The translations under genes and the position numbers were made by a program. From Gnetum montanum (lineage: Eukaryota; Plantae; Gnetophyta), in assembly GCA_015680685.1 (NCBI GenBank), contig MNCI01001941.1, positions 1,308-65,307 of the forward strand: a stretch of DNA of 64,000 nt, read 5' to 3'. Positions 52,267 through 64,000 of the stretch are shown piece after piece. The notes beneath the pieces were generated by a model. It did no database searches, was not told where the DNA came from, and saw nothing but the letters and a program-made list of their open reading frames with translations. The first letter of the stretch is position 1. Each line of letters starts with the position of its first letter.

Positions 52267-52680
52267 NNNNNNNNNNNNNNNNTCTTGAAAAGCCTCATCA
52301 TGATTAGACACCATGTCTTGCAACTCCCCAGGCCTAGTCACCTAGATCTATTGATCTATAAGCCATTGGTTCATTTGTGTTAAAGGGATGGAAACATTGG
52401 GAGTGGGAATAAATTCCTTCCCATTGCAGTAAGCAAACTTGAAGCTACATTTGTCTTCAAGTTCTTAAGCATTTAGGAGCAAGTTTTCTTACACCTTAGC
52501 ATAGAGAAAACTATATCACTCGTGTTGCTGAGCTAAGTCCTCAAGTCCTCGGTTTTGGATCCTAAGGAATCGATGTGGCCCTAGCACTGGGCTGGGTGGC
52601 TATTCAGCACCTGCAATGCCTTGAACCATGAGGGAAACCTCAACCTTAGAGGTGTTAGCAACGATGCTTGAGGAAATCAT
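48830..52680 (-). pseudogene. gag: Element C gag-protease
   Basis: Capsid LPHFMKYNGEGDPNAHL...SLTGKALDWY; FCDYNQ*CGHDIDYC; protease VHIDDGAATNVIP...FNLILGRSWL. Contains an N gap at 52267-52282. Confidence 0.92.
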
Positions 52681-53065
52681 TTTCGCAAAGCTAAAAGGGC
52701 TTGCAAACGAGGAAAATAAGGAGATTGGAAGGCAATCAAAGGCTTTATGTCCTACAGGGTTTCAAAGGAACCATCGAAGTGACCGATCTATACCACACGA
52801 TGCATAAACAACCGCAAAAGGGTATCACGTTTACTCTAGCGCATATTGAGGTACAAAAGATGTGTAGGACTACCGTGAAACCAGGGGTTCAAATGGCGAT
52901 CGAAGGCTTTATGTCTTGCAGGGTTCCAAGGGAACCGTTGGAGCAACCAATCTGCACCACACGATGTGTAAACAACCACAAGAGGGTGTCAAGTTTATGC
53001 TAGTGTGTGTTGGGGTATAGAATGCACACAAGACTACTATAAAACATGGAAAGGGTAGTAAAAGG

Positions 53066-53082
53066 CCCTCCTTCTAGCACCA
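53066..53082 (-). promoter_or_regulatory. Primer-binding site, tRNA-Asn
   Basis: Minus strand TGGTGCTAGAAGGAGGG, 6 nt from the LTR end. Confidence 0.85.
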
Positions 53083-53088
53083 GAAAAC

Positions 53089-54845
53089 TGTAGCAACCAA
53101 AAAATTTGGTGGTTGGAAACACCAAGAGGTTGTCAGTCGGATAGTCTTAACCCTAGATTCGTGCAAGGGTTGTGCTGGAAAAAATAAAAACAAGATGCCC
53201 TGAATGGTTTGGTCGATCAGATAGGGACTTGGTCGATGTCACTAAACCTTTTGCAAATGCGTAATTTGAAAATAATGTTTATAGCGTAAAATAATTATTA
53301 TTATATGCGAGGAAAAGAAAACGATGTAAAATGCAATGATAAGTAGGAGAATAAAGTAAAGTGGAGTTAAGAAATGCACCGCTTCAAGACTATGGCTTTA
53401 CTTTGTCAAAGTGGATATAATCGATTGCGCGACGCTAGGAAGCACAAAGATTCCAAAAGTAACCAAGACATTCAAAGCAAGCCAACTGTGTGCTTGAACA
53501 TAGATTCAAGAGCTAACAATGCAAAATGCTACAAAAGCAATAGAAAGGAGCTAACATAATGCCAAATGGGAATGCCAACTATTTGATTTTTTTCAACTCA
53601 TAAAATGTTTACAATGCTCAATATTTCCAACTCTTTTAATTCTCAAATTGCCAGCTGTTCCAAATTTTCCAACTTGTCAACCCATTCAAATGCCCTTTGA
53701 ATTGCTAATTTTCCAACTTGTCAACTTGCTAATAAATTTTTCAATTGATTTACCAACCCCTGGAGCGTTGCTCGTTGGGGTATTTATAGGGCTAGGAGCA
53801 CACGAGAGGTGCATTTTGGACGCCACATGTCCTAGACCCATAAGAGGTTGACGTGTCCATGTTGCATAGACATGCAAAGCTGATTGATGAGCCTGCCGCA
53901 CTGCAATCACGCTGTCAAAACTGGAGATGCTAGGATTAGGTGTGCTATGCTGTGGAGCGTAGCCTATTAGCGTAGCATTGCTGCTTGCTACGTTGTGCTA
54001 TACTATGTAGCATAGCATAGCATAGCCACCAGTTCGAACAAGAAATTTGTGTTTAGAGTTAATTACATGTGCTGGAAGCCTTTGAAGTGTATTTTCTAGT
54101 TATGCATGTTTGCTACACTACGCTATGCTACGTAGCGTAGCATAGCGTAGCAACTAGCCTTAACTGCGATTTGCACTTAAGTTGTAAACTTTTGTCTGAT
54201 GATCATGCTGACAATCTACAATCTTTGTTTTCTGCGATGTGAAGCCTTTGAACTTGTTGATCTTGCATTTTGAGATGCCTTTTGTCTTTCTTGCATCATC
54301 GCTACACTGTGCTATGCTGCGTAGCGTAGTATAGTGTACTAGCCAACATAGCTTGCTTTTTNGTAGCGTAGTATAGTGTACTAGCCAACATAGCTTGCTT
54401 TTTGCTTAATTTGCTACTTTTCTAGTAAGAGGAGCTTTTTTGGAGGACTTGAAATCAAGCAAAGTAACTGGTTTTGAAATTCAGGGATGCTTGTTGAGTG
54501 CAATTGAAATCACTAAGTAAGTTGGGCCTTTCTGTCTTGCTTTTGCTACGCTATGCTACGCTGCGTAGCGTAGCATAGCGTAACACTTTGTCTTGCAACA
54601 ATTCACAGTTGATTGCATAAGAAACTATCTTCTGAGGCCTGCTACACTACATAGCATAGCATAATGTAGCAAACTTCTTGACTAGAAAACTTGCCAAACT
54701 ATTTTGTTGATCCTGAGCATCGTCAACAACTCTCAACATCCTGCCAAACTATCATGAGGCTACACTTGTGGGAATGTGACCCTCATGTCCAAGACCTTGG
54801 TGACCCTGGTGAAGCAAGAGCACCTTGAAAATTTAGGGTGCTTCA
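53089..54845 (-). repeat. 5' LTR of element C
   Basis: Collinear with 35542-37386; adjacent to the PBS; followed by the TSD. Confidence 0.95.
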
Positions 54846-55339
54846 CTATGCAGTATGGATGCAAAGGGGATTAAGGTTAAAAGGATGATAAATGAGTTTT
54901 AATGATTCAAAACTCTAGTGTAGAGGAGGTTTGCAAGCTTAAAAACTATCATCCTAAGGTGGTAATTGGTGGGCCTCACTAGAAAAATATAAATAAAATT
55001 CAAAATTTTGAATTAAGTTTTTTGTTTCCCATCACTCCTAATGTGGAGGACACTTTTCCCCCATGAACTCCAATGCAGTTTTAGTTCCAAGGAATCAACT
55101 TGGCAATGGGGATTTGGGTGGAAATGTTTTGGTTTAGGTTTAGGTTTTTATAGTCAAATCTTGCAAAAAAAAATCATCAAAAATCATCATTCTAACATCC
55201 AACCCCTTAGAGGATAGCCTTAGTATAGATTTTTACAATAAAAATCATCCATCTTCAGCATTAATACCTCAGTTCCTCCTAGCTAATGTAGAAGCTTCAA
55301 CCCTCCTAGTTTTCAAGCCTTTACAACATTGTTGGAGCC

Positions 55340-58300
55340 ATGGTGAAGCAACGTGGAGGTAGCAACAAGAATCCCAAGATTCAAGTAACATATAAGGCAT
55401 CCAAGAAGATATCTACTTTTTAGAGGGTCATTTCCATCTAGGGGTCCTCCTCTATTCCAAGGTATGTCATTCTTGGTATGTTCTCATAGTTTCTTAGCTA
55501 TTTTTATGTTTTCCTAACTAGGAAAAGGTCATTTTCTTCAAATATACTTAAAAGGACTTGATGTAATTAAATTTTAATAAAATACTATTGTATTTTAGCC
55601 ATTTCTATGTAGATCCAAGTTCATTTTATCATTAAACCTTTGGTGGATTTGATTTTGAAAATAGGCTTGCTTTTTATGTGCCTTTTCTAAAAAAAAGCTT
55701 GGGAGTAGAGTTGTTTTTCTTAGATCTAGGCTAAAGGACTTGTTAAAATTAAATTCTAAAAAAATACCACTATTCATTTTGATTCATTTTTTTATGTTTT
55801 TAAGCTATTTTGACTATTTTATCTATGATTCATGGTTAAAACAAATTAGGTTTTATAATATTGGTGTTTTTTAGTTCCTTTTTGGTGCAAAAAGTAGGCA
55901 AAGTTGTGGATTTTTTATTAGGAAAATGACTTGATTTTGGAAAAATATAAAGTTATGGGTTTTTTGGGTTATGTTTAATCTTTCAAATTTCTACAGTCTC
56001 GTATGCTTTGGATTCATAATGACAAAGTTATGGCTATTTCAATTAGGTCATGTAATTAGGGTTTGTGTCATTTTTCAGATTTTCATCCGAGTTTATGACT
56101 TTTTTATGAATAAATAGTAATATTTTTGGATTTTCATTAATTTTAACGTGTAGGGCTTAATTCAAGATTTCAAATGGTGGTAGAATCACTCTATTTGGAG
56201 CTCAAACAAATTTTTGGTAAATTTTTTCCCAACCCTACACAAAAGGGGGCTTATGTTGATAGCTACAATTTTTCTATTTTTGACTATGTTTTATGTAAAA
56301 ATGATTATGTGCTTCTATTTTTAATGTCCATGAATAAGAATCTTAAGATTTCAAGATCCCTTATATGGGGGAATCACTAAAATCAAAGCTTGGAAGAGTT
56401 TTTAATGAATTTTTTATCAAGGTTGTGTCAATTTGGCTTAATCTTGGTTGTAGCACTTTATCCCTTTGGAGATGGATGTTATTAACATACTTAGAGATTT
56501 CTCCTATCAATTTACATTCTCTTAAATATGTAAAATATTCTCTAAAGCTCACTTTGAATGTCATAAGTAATTTTTACTATTTTTGGTAACATGCATGCTA
56601 TTGGCTATTTTCTAGATTTTAAATTTCGTTATGTGTTGATTGAGGTATTATCTAGGCCATAACACCTTGGCTATGATGTATAAAGCTATGAAAGGTTTCA
56701 ATAATTTTGTTGTGGAATTTCTTGAGCATATTTGAAAAAACACCTTAAAGCTTTTTATAGGGGCTAATTTCATCCTTGACTAGGATTTTTTTTTCATATA
56801 AAATTTGTTAAGAAATTCTAAGTGTTCTAACAATGCTTATGTCTTCCCCCCGTAGGGCCCTACTAAAGCATGTACTTAGCATGGTTGAGTTAGTGGGAAT
56901 CTTATGTTGTATCAGCCATCCCAAGGCCAACACCCCTCTTCCTGATTTGGACTTGGAGAAGGGGCCATTATGGTTCCATCTAGGGGTAATAAAATTCCTT
57001 GCCTACCTTTTGCAAAATTTTAGTATGATGATGTGGTCACACTTATCTACAAAGGTGGCTAGTGTCATAGGGGAGACCTTGCTACCTAGGTCTACATGTT
57101 TGGTTGCTCAGTTCATAGCTGATGATCTAGAAACTCAAGTAGTAGGAGAGATAGCGAAGACAAAGGATAACATTGGTGTTCGTTACCTTTTAGACATATG
57201 GAAGATGCTAGAGTATTCTCAATACAACATTAATAATACTCTAATGGTGGCATAAAGATCCCACTCCCTATTCTGGAATCCTCCAAGCACCATGTAACAA
57301 TTATAGAGGTAAGCACAACTATTATAGGTTTTAAGGTTTTGGCTTTGTTTAGTTTGGTCATTTTTCCTAACTTATCAGTTTCACACACATCTTGTAGGTA
57401 CAAGGTCAATGAGCAAGGCTTGATCAAGAATGATCAAACCTTGGTGGTAGCCCACTCAATGTTGAGTGAATTCACCAAAGGCCCCAAGATCTGACATGTT
57501 ATTTTTGAACAGTTGAAGAATGACCTTGATGAATACCTACCAAATTTGACCCTATTTATAAAAAATGTGTGGCTATCAAAATAGTGCATAGCTGGTGGAT
57601 GGCTTCCAAGGCTATTAGAGATATGGGCATCATTGCTAGAAGTCCCACACAAGCTTCATCAAGAAACAAGAAGAAAGGTGAGAAAAAGGATGGTTTTCTA
57701 TGTTATATCTAAGGTTTTATGGCTATGTTGGTTTGAAGTATTATATGGTCTAAATGTAGTTGTACTGATGCTATTTATTTGTCTTTGGATTATAGGGCCA
57801 TCCACTTCTACTGATGTCACTATACCCCTCATTGGATGTTCCGTGAATACTCTCATCCTAAATTTCAAAGATGTGGGGCCAACATAGGAGTGGTTAAGGG
57901 GGTAGGTATCTGAGAAAATCTAGACAAACATCATTATTGTAGGTATGCTTGAAGTCTTTATGATGCCTAGTCCCATCATCCCTTCTATGGAGATGCAAAC
58001 ATCATTGACTCCTTCGACACAGGAGCTAATGTATTCCACACCACAATGTGAGGCATACTAATTACCATTACCATTAGTGCTACTACCTTTTGTACTTTTT
58101 TAGTATTCCCACTGATAGGATAGTAGTTTCCACCAAGCCAACAAAGGAGGTTGACCATCATAAGAAAGTCGAGGAGTGGTTTGATGCCAACAAGGGTCAC
58201 TCCAAACTTGCTTTTGACTTCATGAATCTTGACACAAGGGAGTCCTATCCCTTGTTCAAGTCTTAGGGATTTCCTAAATTATTTTCATAAAAGAAGCTAA

Positions 58301-60563
58301 TCAATATTTCATAGGGATGGACCTTCAATAAGGTCTTAATAGAGGGGACTCATTTTAATTAGGTTGCTTCCTTAGCTACTAGCCTTAAGGAAGAAATCCT
58401 CAAACTCTAGAGGGATCCTCCTACAATAGTCCACATGCACTATGCATTTTTTCCAAGCTATCTAAAAAGGTTGAAGAATTCTTGGTGGTAACGAGGAATG
58501 GATCATGGATGCACTAATTTATAAAAAAACTCTCCAAGCCTTGAATAAAACATCATTATCCAACTATGCAAGCTCAGAATCCACTGGAGGACATGGGAGA
58601 TTCACTATCTGTGACCACCAAGAACCTTGGTGTTAGTCAGTGTGAATGCCCTAACAACATAGGGAAGGAGCCTCTTATGTTCCTGATGCACATCCAAAGA
58701 GCATGATATTTGTGTGCCAAGGTTAATGGGGAAGCTAGGGGTATTTTAAAATGACCGACATAGGAGGCACTACCAATATCATAGCCACCCTCCTAGTATA
58801 GGATCATCTTTAAGATCCCCTACTTAAATCAAGCAGTCATAGGTATGCTTTAACTAATTCTAAATGCCTTTGACTATGTTATTTCTTATGGCTATACATG
58901 CCAACTTGTCTAATAGGTTATGCCTATAGGTCAATAGTTGAACTTAGTGGCCCAAGCTACCATTGCAAAAAAAGAGAAAAGATAAGTAGAGGAGGCACAT
59001 AAACATGTAGAGGAGGAGGAGCAAAGATTTATAGCTACCATAACTGAGAAGGAACAAAGGTGTGTAGAGGAGGCACTCTTGCAACAAGATATGGTCGATC
59101 TAGACAACTTTTTTGATGAGCCATTACCTAAGAAGCCTTCAATCAACATCCTTAGGCATGAGATGAGGATGAAAATGTGAATATGAATGTAAATGTAGGT
59201 ATGCCTATGAGTTACTCATTATTGCCTATGGTTTCATGTTTAATTTCTTAGTTCTTACTTACCCAATGATTGTTATGCTTATCATAGTTCTTGAGCCACA
59301 AGCAGAGGTCCCTACATCCATGTTTCACATGAAACCATGGGTAGAGGTCTCGAACAAGATAGAATTCATGCACATGATGGCAAAGGACATCATCAGTCAA
59401 TTACAATAATTACACCTGATATTGGTAAGAACTATGTTTTTATATGCCTTAGTTGTTTTACTATGAGTTATATTTTATGCTATGGCTACCTTAGGTTGTA
59501 TATCATGTTTATGGTTATATTTTTGTTATTTTTAGTGCCATCAATTATGTGGAACCCAACCCAAGACATAAAGTTTAACTTCTTACCTAAGCTTTCTCTT
59601 AACACCCCAATGTTCCCCTAAAGTTGTACAAAACTATCACTGATCTAGTAGTTTTATGCATGAAAGCTTCATGGGAGATTCAAAGGTCTAATGAATCCCT
59701 ATGAAAATAGGTTGTGGCCTTGAAGAATGAAAATAAAAATCAAGTCAAGAAGATCTAGGATCTTGAGGATCACAAGGCCTTTGAACAAGCCCAAGTGGAT
59801 AACTCAAGGACCTTTCAAACCAAGGAGATCAAGTGGACCCACTACTAGTGCACTATCCATGACAAGGTTTCCCCCTCTTGAGAGTTGCATGAGTAGTAGA
59901 TGCAGATGGATTTGATCTCCCAAAAGGCCAAGGATTGGAAGGATTATAGTGCTTGGGTCCTAGAGTGGGATAAGACATAGAAGGATTACAAGCAAAAGTA
60001 TAAGATCAATTCAAAGGCATATCTAAAGTGGCTAAAGAGAGAGACAATTAAATGAAGAAAAGGAATCTATTTATCTAGGGTATCCAAGCTAAGAGTGCTT
60101 TCAGTCTCTTTGAAAGCACTCTCACAGTAGTTGAGTCTTCCACTCCCTAGATCACTACGGCTACAGATGAGGTTTCTATAGCTACAGGATCATGGGAGCC
60201 ACCATCATGGATGGGCATGGGCAGGACTAATGTCTTCATAGGCATCAATATTAGGGACATTGATTGGGCAAACATGAAGGAAGACTAGATTCTCCAATGT
60301 TTAGAGACTGGCCTTCACCATCTTTCCTAAGAGTTTATAGAGTTGGATTCCCCATAGGTTTGATGGTGTTTATGTTGTACATTTCAAGTTTTAGTTTTGC
60401 ATTTTTTTATGTCATGATTTTGATCATGCTGGTTATTAATTGGTTGTATGTTGTTATGTCACAGGCATCATATCATGTCGGTGGCCCCAATGATGCAGGC
60501 GATGATGATGCACCACCACCTCCTCACCCTCTAGGTGCTCCCTTGGCACCACTGGATGCATGA
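55340..60563 (+). pseudogene. Antisense multi-exon accessory gene of element B, homologue of 43568-48297
   Basis: Exons 55340-55461, 56856-57308, 57398-57677, 57796-58842, 58930-~59198, ~59288-59424, ~59536-60357 and 60465-60563. Peptides align with the C gene exon by exon. Confidence 0.8.
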
Positions 60564-60925
60564 TGTGATAGCCTCTATTAATGATTTTATTTTTTTTCTT
60601 TCATGTTAGACATTGTATGACCCATGTTGGCCAATGCTTTAGTTGTAGAAATTTTGACACTTATGATTTATGGTTTTTATATTTATGTCACAAAGTGTGA
60701 CCATGGCTATATATATATTATTTAAAAATGTTTTAAATTTTTAGTTTTGCCTATATATGTTGTTGATGGCTTTAAGGTTTTAAGGTTATAAATGTTGTAA
60801 TCAAGGCTATGCTACTAATGGCTACCTTGGCTATGTTGAAAATAGTTAAAATATAGGATTATGAATGGTGATAAAATAAGGATTACTTTCCAATTTTTGG
60901 CCATGGAAGGTCACATGTTTATCCT

Positions 60926-61070
60926 TAGTTTAAGGCCAAGGTGGGCCACAACACTAGTTTAAAGTCTTAGTGGACTGTGGTATCAATTTAAGGCCTTGGC
61001 AAGCCATATGTTTGCCAATTTTAGGCCATAGCAATTTGTGGGTTTTGCTAGTTTTAGGCCATAGAGGGCC
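60926..61070. repeat. Short array of the GCTAGTTTWAGGCC motif at the protease-proximal end of B's spacer
   Basis: ttagtttaaggcc, caatttaaggcc, gccaattttaggcc, gctagttttaggcc. Confidence 0.75.
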
Positions 61071-61276
61071 CTCATTAAAAGGAAAGTAATATTTTTAGCA
61101 ATTTTTTGTTTTAAAGTTTTTATGGGTTTTCTAGTTTTGAAACATGCACAAAAGTAAAAAAAATGAAAGGTTCTAATAAACACACAAAAATGCAAATGAA
61201 AGTAAAAACTTAGGCAACATGCATAAAAAGGTAAAATAAAGCACACAAAAAATCATAATAGATCAATAAATAAAAC

Positions 61277-64000
61277 TTAGGTTACATAGCCATTGGTACA
61301 TGTCGCTATATGGTTGTAAGGGCATGGATTGGAAGGCTTGAGGTGTACTTCACTTGTGTAGACTCTTCCTAATCTTTTAAAGATTAGAAAATGTGTAAGG
61401 TCTATTCTACATAAATTTTTATTCACCATATCCTTCATTGATGATATTAAAAGGGAGTTCATCCCAGAATGCATCCCATTGCCCATCGTTGTCATTATTG
61501 GCTTTCTAGAGTTGCTAGATTTCATGGCTAGGAATTTCTTCTTCAAATTCCACTTTAGACCCCTACTCTATGTTTGTGTTGTTAACAACTAGGGGCACTG
61601 TGTTATCACCATGAATGATGATCTCAACTCCCTCATAAGGAAGGTAATCTCTTGATGGATGGGTGAGGACACAACTCATAACTAAGCCAACCAAGGTCTT
61701 CCCAGGATAAGGTTAAACCCTAGTGTCTCTTCCACCACTAAGAAATTTACAATCATGGGGAATTGCTCCCTTATCACAAAATCCAAGGAGATAAACCCCT
61801 TGATAAAAACCCTTGATCTATTGAAGGATTTGAGAGTGGTTGTTGATGTGTGTTGTATCTACTTGGTCAAGCCTAATTGTTCAATGATGGTGCATGGATG
61901 TTACAACCCCATCATCTACATGCACTCAATGCATTTTATAGCAACCCTTGATCCATTGAAGGATTTGAGAGTGGTTGTTGATGTGTGTTGTATCTACTTG
62001 GTCAAGCCTAATTATTCAATGATGATGCATGGAATGACATTTTTGTAGCCCCATCACCTACATGTACTCAATGCATCTTAAACTACCCCACTTGAATCGT
62101 GATGAAAAAAGGAGCCCTAGTTACTTTGCCATTCTAGGAGTTAATCTTAACCTCGCTATTGCTAAATACCAATGATGTTAACTTATTTTACCTTGGTAAA
62201 AAAAGGAACTATTATAGCATAGATGGATTCCTTGTTACCAGGGATGTCCTCACTAATAGGGATAGAAGTCAACATCTTGACTAGCACCTCACGATGTGTA
62301 ACGAAAGTCATGATCAGGTCATACAAACTCAAGGTTGTATTCTTTTGCTTAAGGAACTATTTAAACTATTTCATAGCACTAAGAAATTTTTTATCATTGG
62401 CCATTGGCTTGTCACCCTAGTTGTGCTTCACTTCCTTCATGCACCCCAAAATGTGAACTTTGACATTATGTTGTTGCTATTGAGGTCTCTCCTCTTTCTT
62501 CTAATTTTGAATCTTAAGATCCTCTTGTGGCTTACTAGTTGATGTGGGTTGGGTAGAAGATGTCATGAGCATAGATGATATGGAAGTGGGCTTCCATGGG
62601 TCCACTTCCTTCTATGCCTTAGCTTGCTTTTCACCCTTGTTATTATTATTTTACTTATGCTTCTTCCTTTGGTTGGTTGAAGCCTTTTGGTTGTTTGCCA
62701 TTGGTTTGAGAAAGAGGCTATAGCATTGGCCACCATAAGAGGTTATTCTATGGTTATGTTGGTTATTTGGGCTATATATTGCTAGGTTATAGTGGTTTGG
62801 GACACCCTAATGACAAAATATTCCCTTGCAAGCACTCATGATGGTACTCTCATGACAAAGAAGGATCTTGAGCTAGTGGAAGCTAAAGAAGTCATTTCCT
62901 TAAGAGGGGAACCCAAATCATAAATGGTTCACTCACGAGAGTCTAATTTCCATCTACATTAAATTATGATATAATGTATGTAACATTTTTTATGGTCAAT
63001 GGATCTTTATACACTTACATCAATTGGTTCTATGGTTGGACAAAGTTGGATGCATCTAAAACCAGCTCTCATCTATCTATCATCTTTTGCAAGTCATCCT
63101 TCAGCATAAGGCAAAAGTTTGTGTCATGATCAAGTTGTTGATGATAGTGCAAAATTGGTCAAAACTAAAATATTTAGGAAATTTTTGGACATCTTTTGTT
63201 ACTCTAGTTTGATCTTTGATTATCTCACATAGCCTATCACACGTCTTTTAGGAAGCTTTGATCATCTGCTTATATTGCATGTATCCACTTTTTAGTAGTT
63301 GGTTTAATAGCTTAAATGGTTTTAATGATAGCTTGGTATATTTAGACTTGTCCTTATTTTCAAAGTTGGATCTAGTTGTTGTCAATGTGGTGGCCCTAGA
63401 GGTCGACAGTTGGTTATCTTGGTTATTAGTACAGGCTTTATGTGGGTTGGTCCTTGGCCCCTAGTTAGTGGTCTTAGCCTCTTTGGCCACTATTGCTATA
63501 GCCATGTTGTTTTTTTTGTTCTTATCGTTGTCCCTCCATGTGTGTTGATTTTTTATGTCACATAGGTTGGGTCATGACTGGCCTCCACAGCATCCTCTAT
63601 GTTCTTGGTCTGGGAGAATGCCTGACTAAGTGTCCATGGACTAAGATAGTATAACTTGAATTTAATGAAATCATTCACCACCCCCTTAAACATAGCCAAA
63701 ATATGAGCTTCAACTATATTCTTTGGTATTTCATTTAGCAGGTCATTCCACCATTGGATGAACTTCTACATAGGTTCAAGGGATTCCTTCTTAACCTTTA
63801 TTAGTTGGTTGAGCATAGTATCAGGCTTCAAGTTATACTTACAGTTGTTAATAGATTTGGTAATTAGGTCTTCAAGGGAGGATATAGATCCTTTGGGTAG
63901 GGCACAATATCAATCAAGTGCTTTCCTAGTCAAGGACATAGGGAAGATTCTCATTATGATGTGCAACCATGGTTGTAATAGCAAGTACTTGAATTGAAAG
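61277..64000 (-). pseudogene. gag: Element B gag-protease (truncated by the window end)
   Basis: MSLTRKALD*YCALPKGSISS capsid; protease VHVGDGATKNVIP...FNLILGRPWL; collinear with C's gag-PR. Confidence 0.9.

Larger units (their letters stand above)
35542..54845 (-). mobile_element. Element C: full-length 19.3-kb Ogre/Tat-like retrotransposon with an antisense accessory gene
   Basis: LTRs 35542-37386 and 53089-54845 with TG...CA ends. Perfect TSD CTATG (35537-35541, 54846-54850). PBS Asn, gag, PR, RT, RH, aRH and INT all recognisable. Confidence 0.95.
25472..64000 (-). mobile_element. Element B: large Ogre/Tat-like retrotransposon (5' end outside the window), interrupted by element C
   Basis: 3' LTR ~25472-26960, pol 28158-31655, spacer 31656-35541 plus 54851-61270 containing an antisense gene, gag-protease 61277-64000. 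Domain order PR-RT-RH-aRH-INT. Confidence 0.85.

Noticed and set aside
52236-52282. Poly-C tract or G-quadruplex
   Set aside because: It runs directly into an N gap, so it is probably low-quality contig-end sequence.
52739-53050. ~165-bp duplication in C's 5' UTR (and ~140-bp in A, 24390-24640) as a distinct element; ORF 52701-53003
   Set aside because: Two-copy UTR duplications are common in these elements, the two units are not evidently homologous, and the ORF has no recognisable motif.
54321-54402. ~40-bp tandem duplication in C's 5' LTR
   Set aside because: Identical copies around an N (54362), absent from the 3' LTR; assembly artefact.

Overview
Plant nuclear heterochromatin, probably gymnosperm-like (inferred from near-total CG/CHG decay and the element types). 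Almost all of it is nested, decayed LTR retrotransposons. From left to right: (1) a CpG-retaining island at ~690-1545; (2) an old Ogre/Tat-like element D, interrupted by a complete chromodomain-bearing CRM-type chromovirus (2493-14485, -), whose integrase is interrupted by a gag-only SIRE-like copia element (3893-9616, +); (3) an Ogre/Tat-like element A (5' LTR 22517-23971, +), interrupted by a related element B (~25472 to beyond 64000, -), which is interrupted by a complete 19.3-kb relative C (35542-54845, -, TSD CTATG). Main discovery: in both B and C, gag-protease is separated from RT-RH-aRH-INT by a 6-10 kb spacer. The spacer ends in a splice-acceptor-like site and holds an antisense multi-exon gene whose intron positions and phases are conserved between the two diverged elements. 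The gene encodes a basic N-terminus, an FCP1/NIF-like HAD phosphatase domain lacking its catalytic Asp residues in both copies, a conserved helical domain, an acidic linker, a coiled coil and an acidic tail. It is flanked by tandem arrays of one shared short motif. All copies here are pseudogenised. Family assignments come from motif recognition by eye, not database searches.
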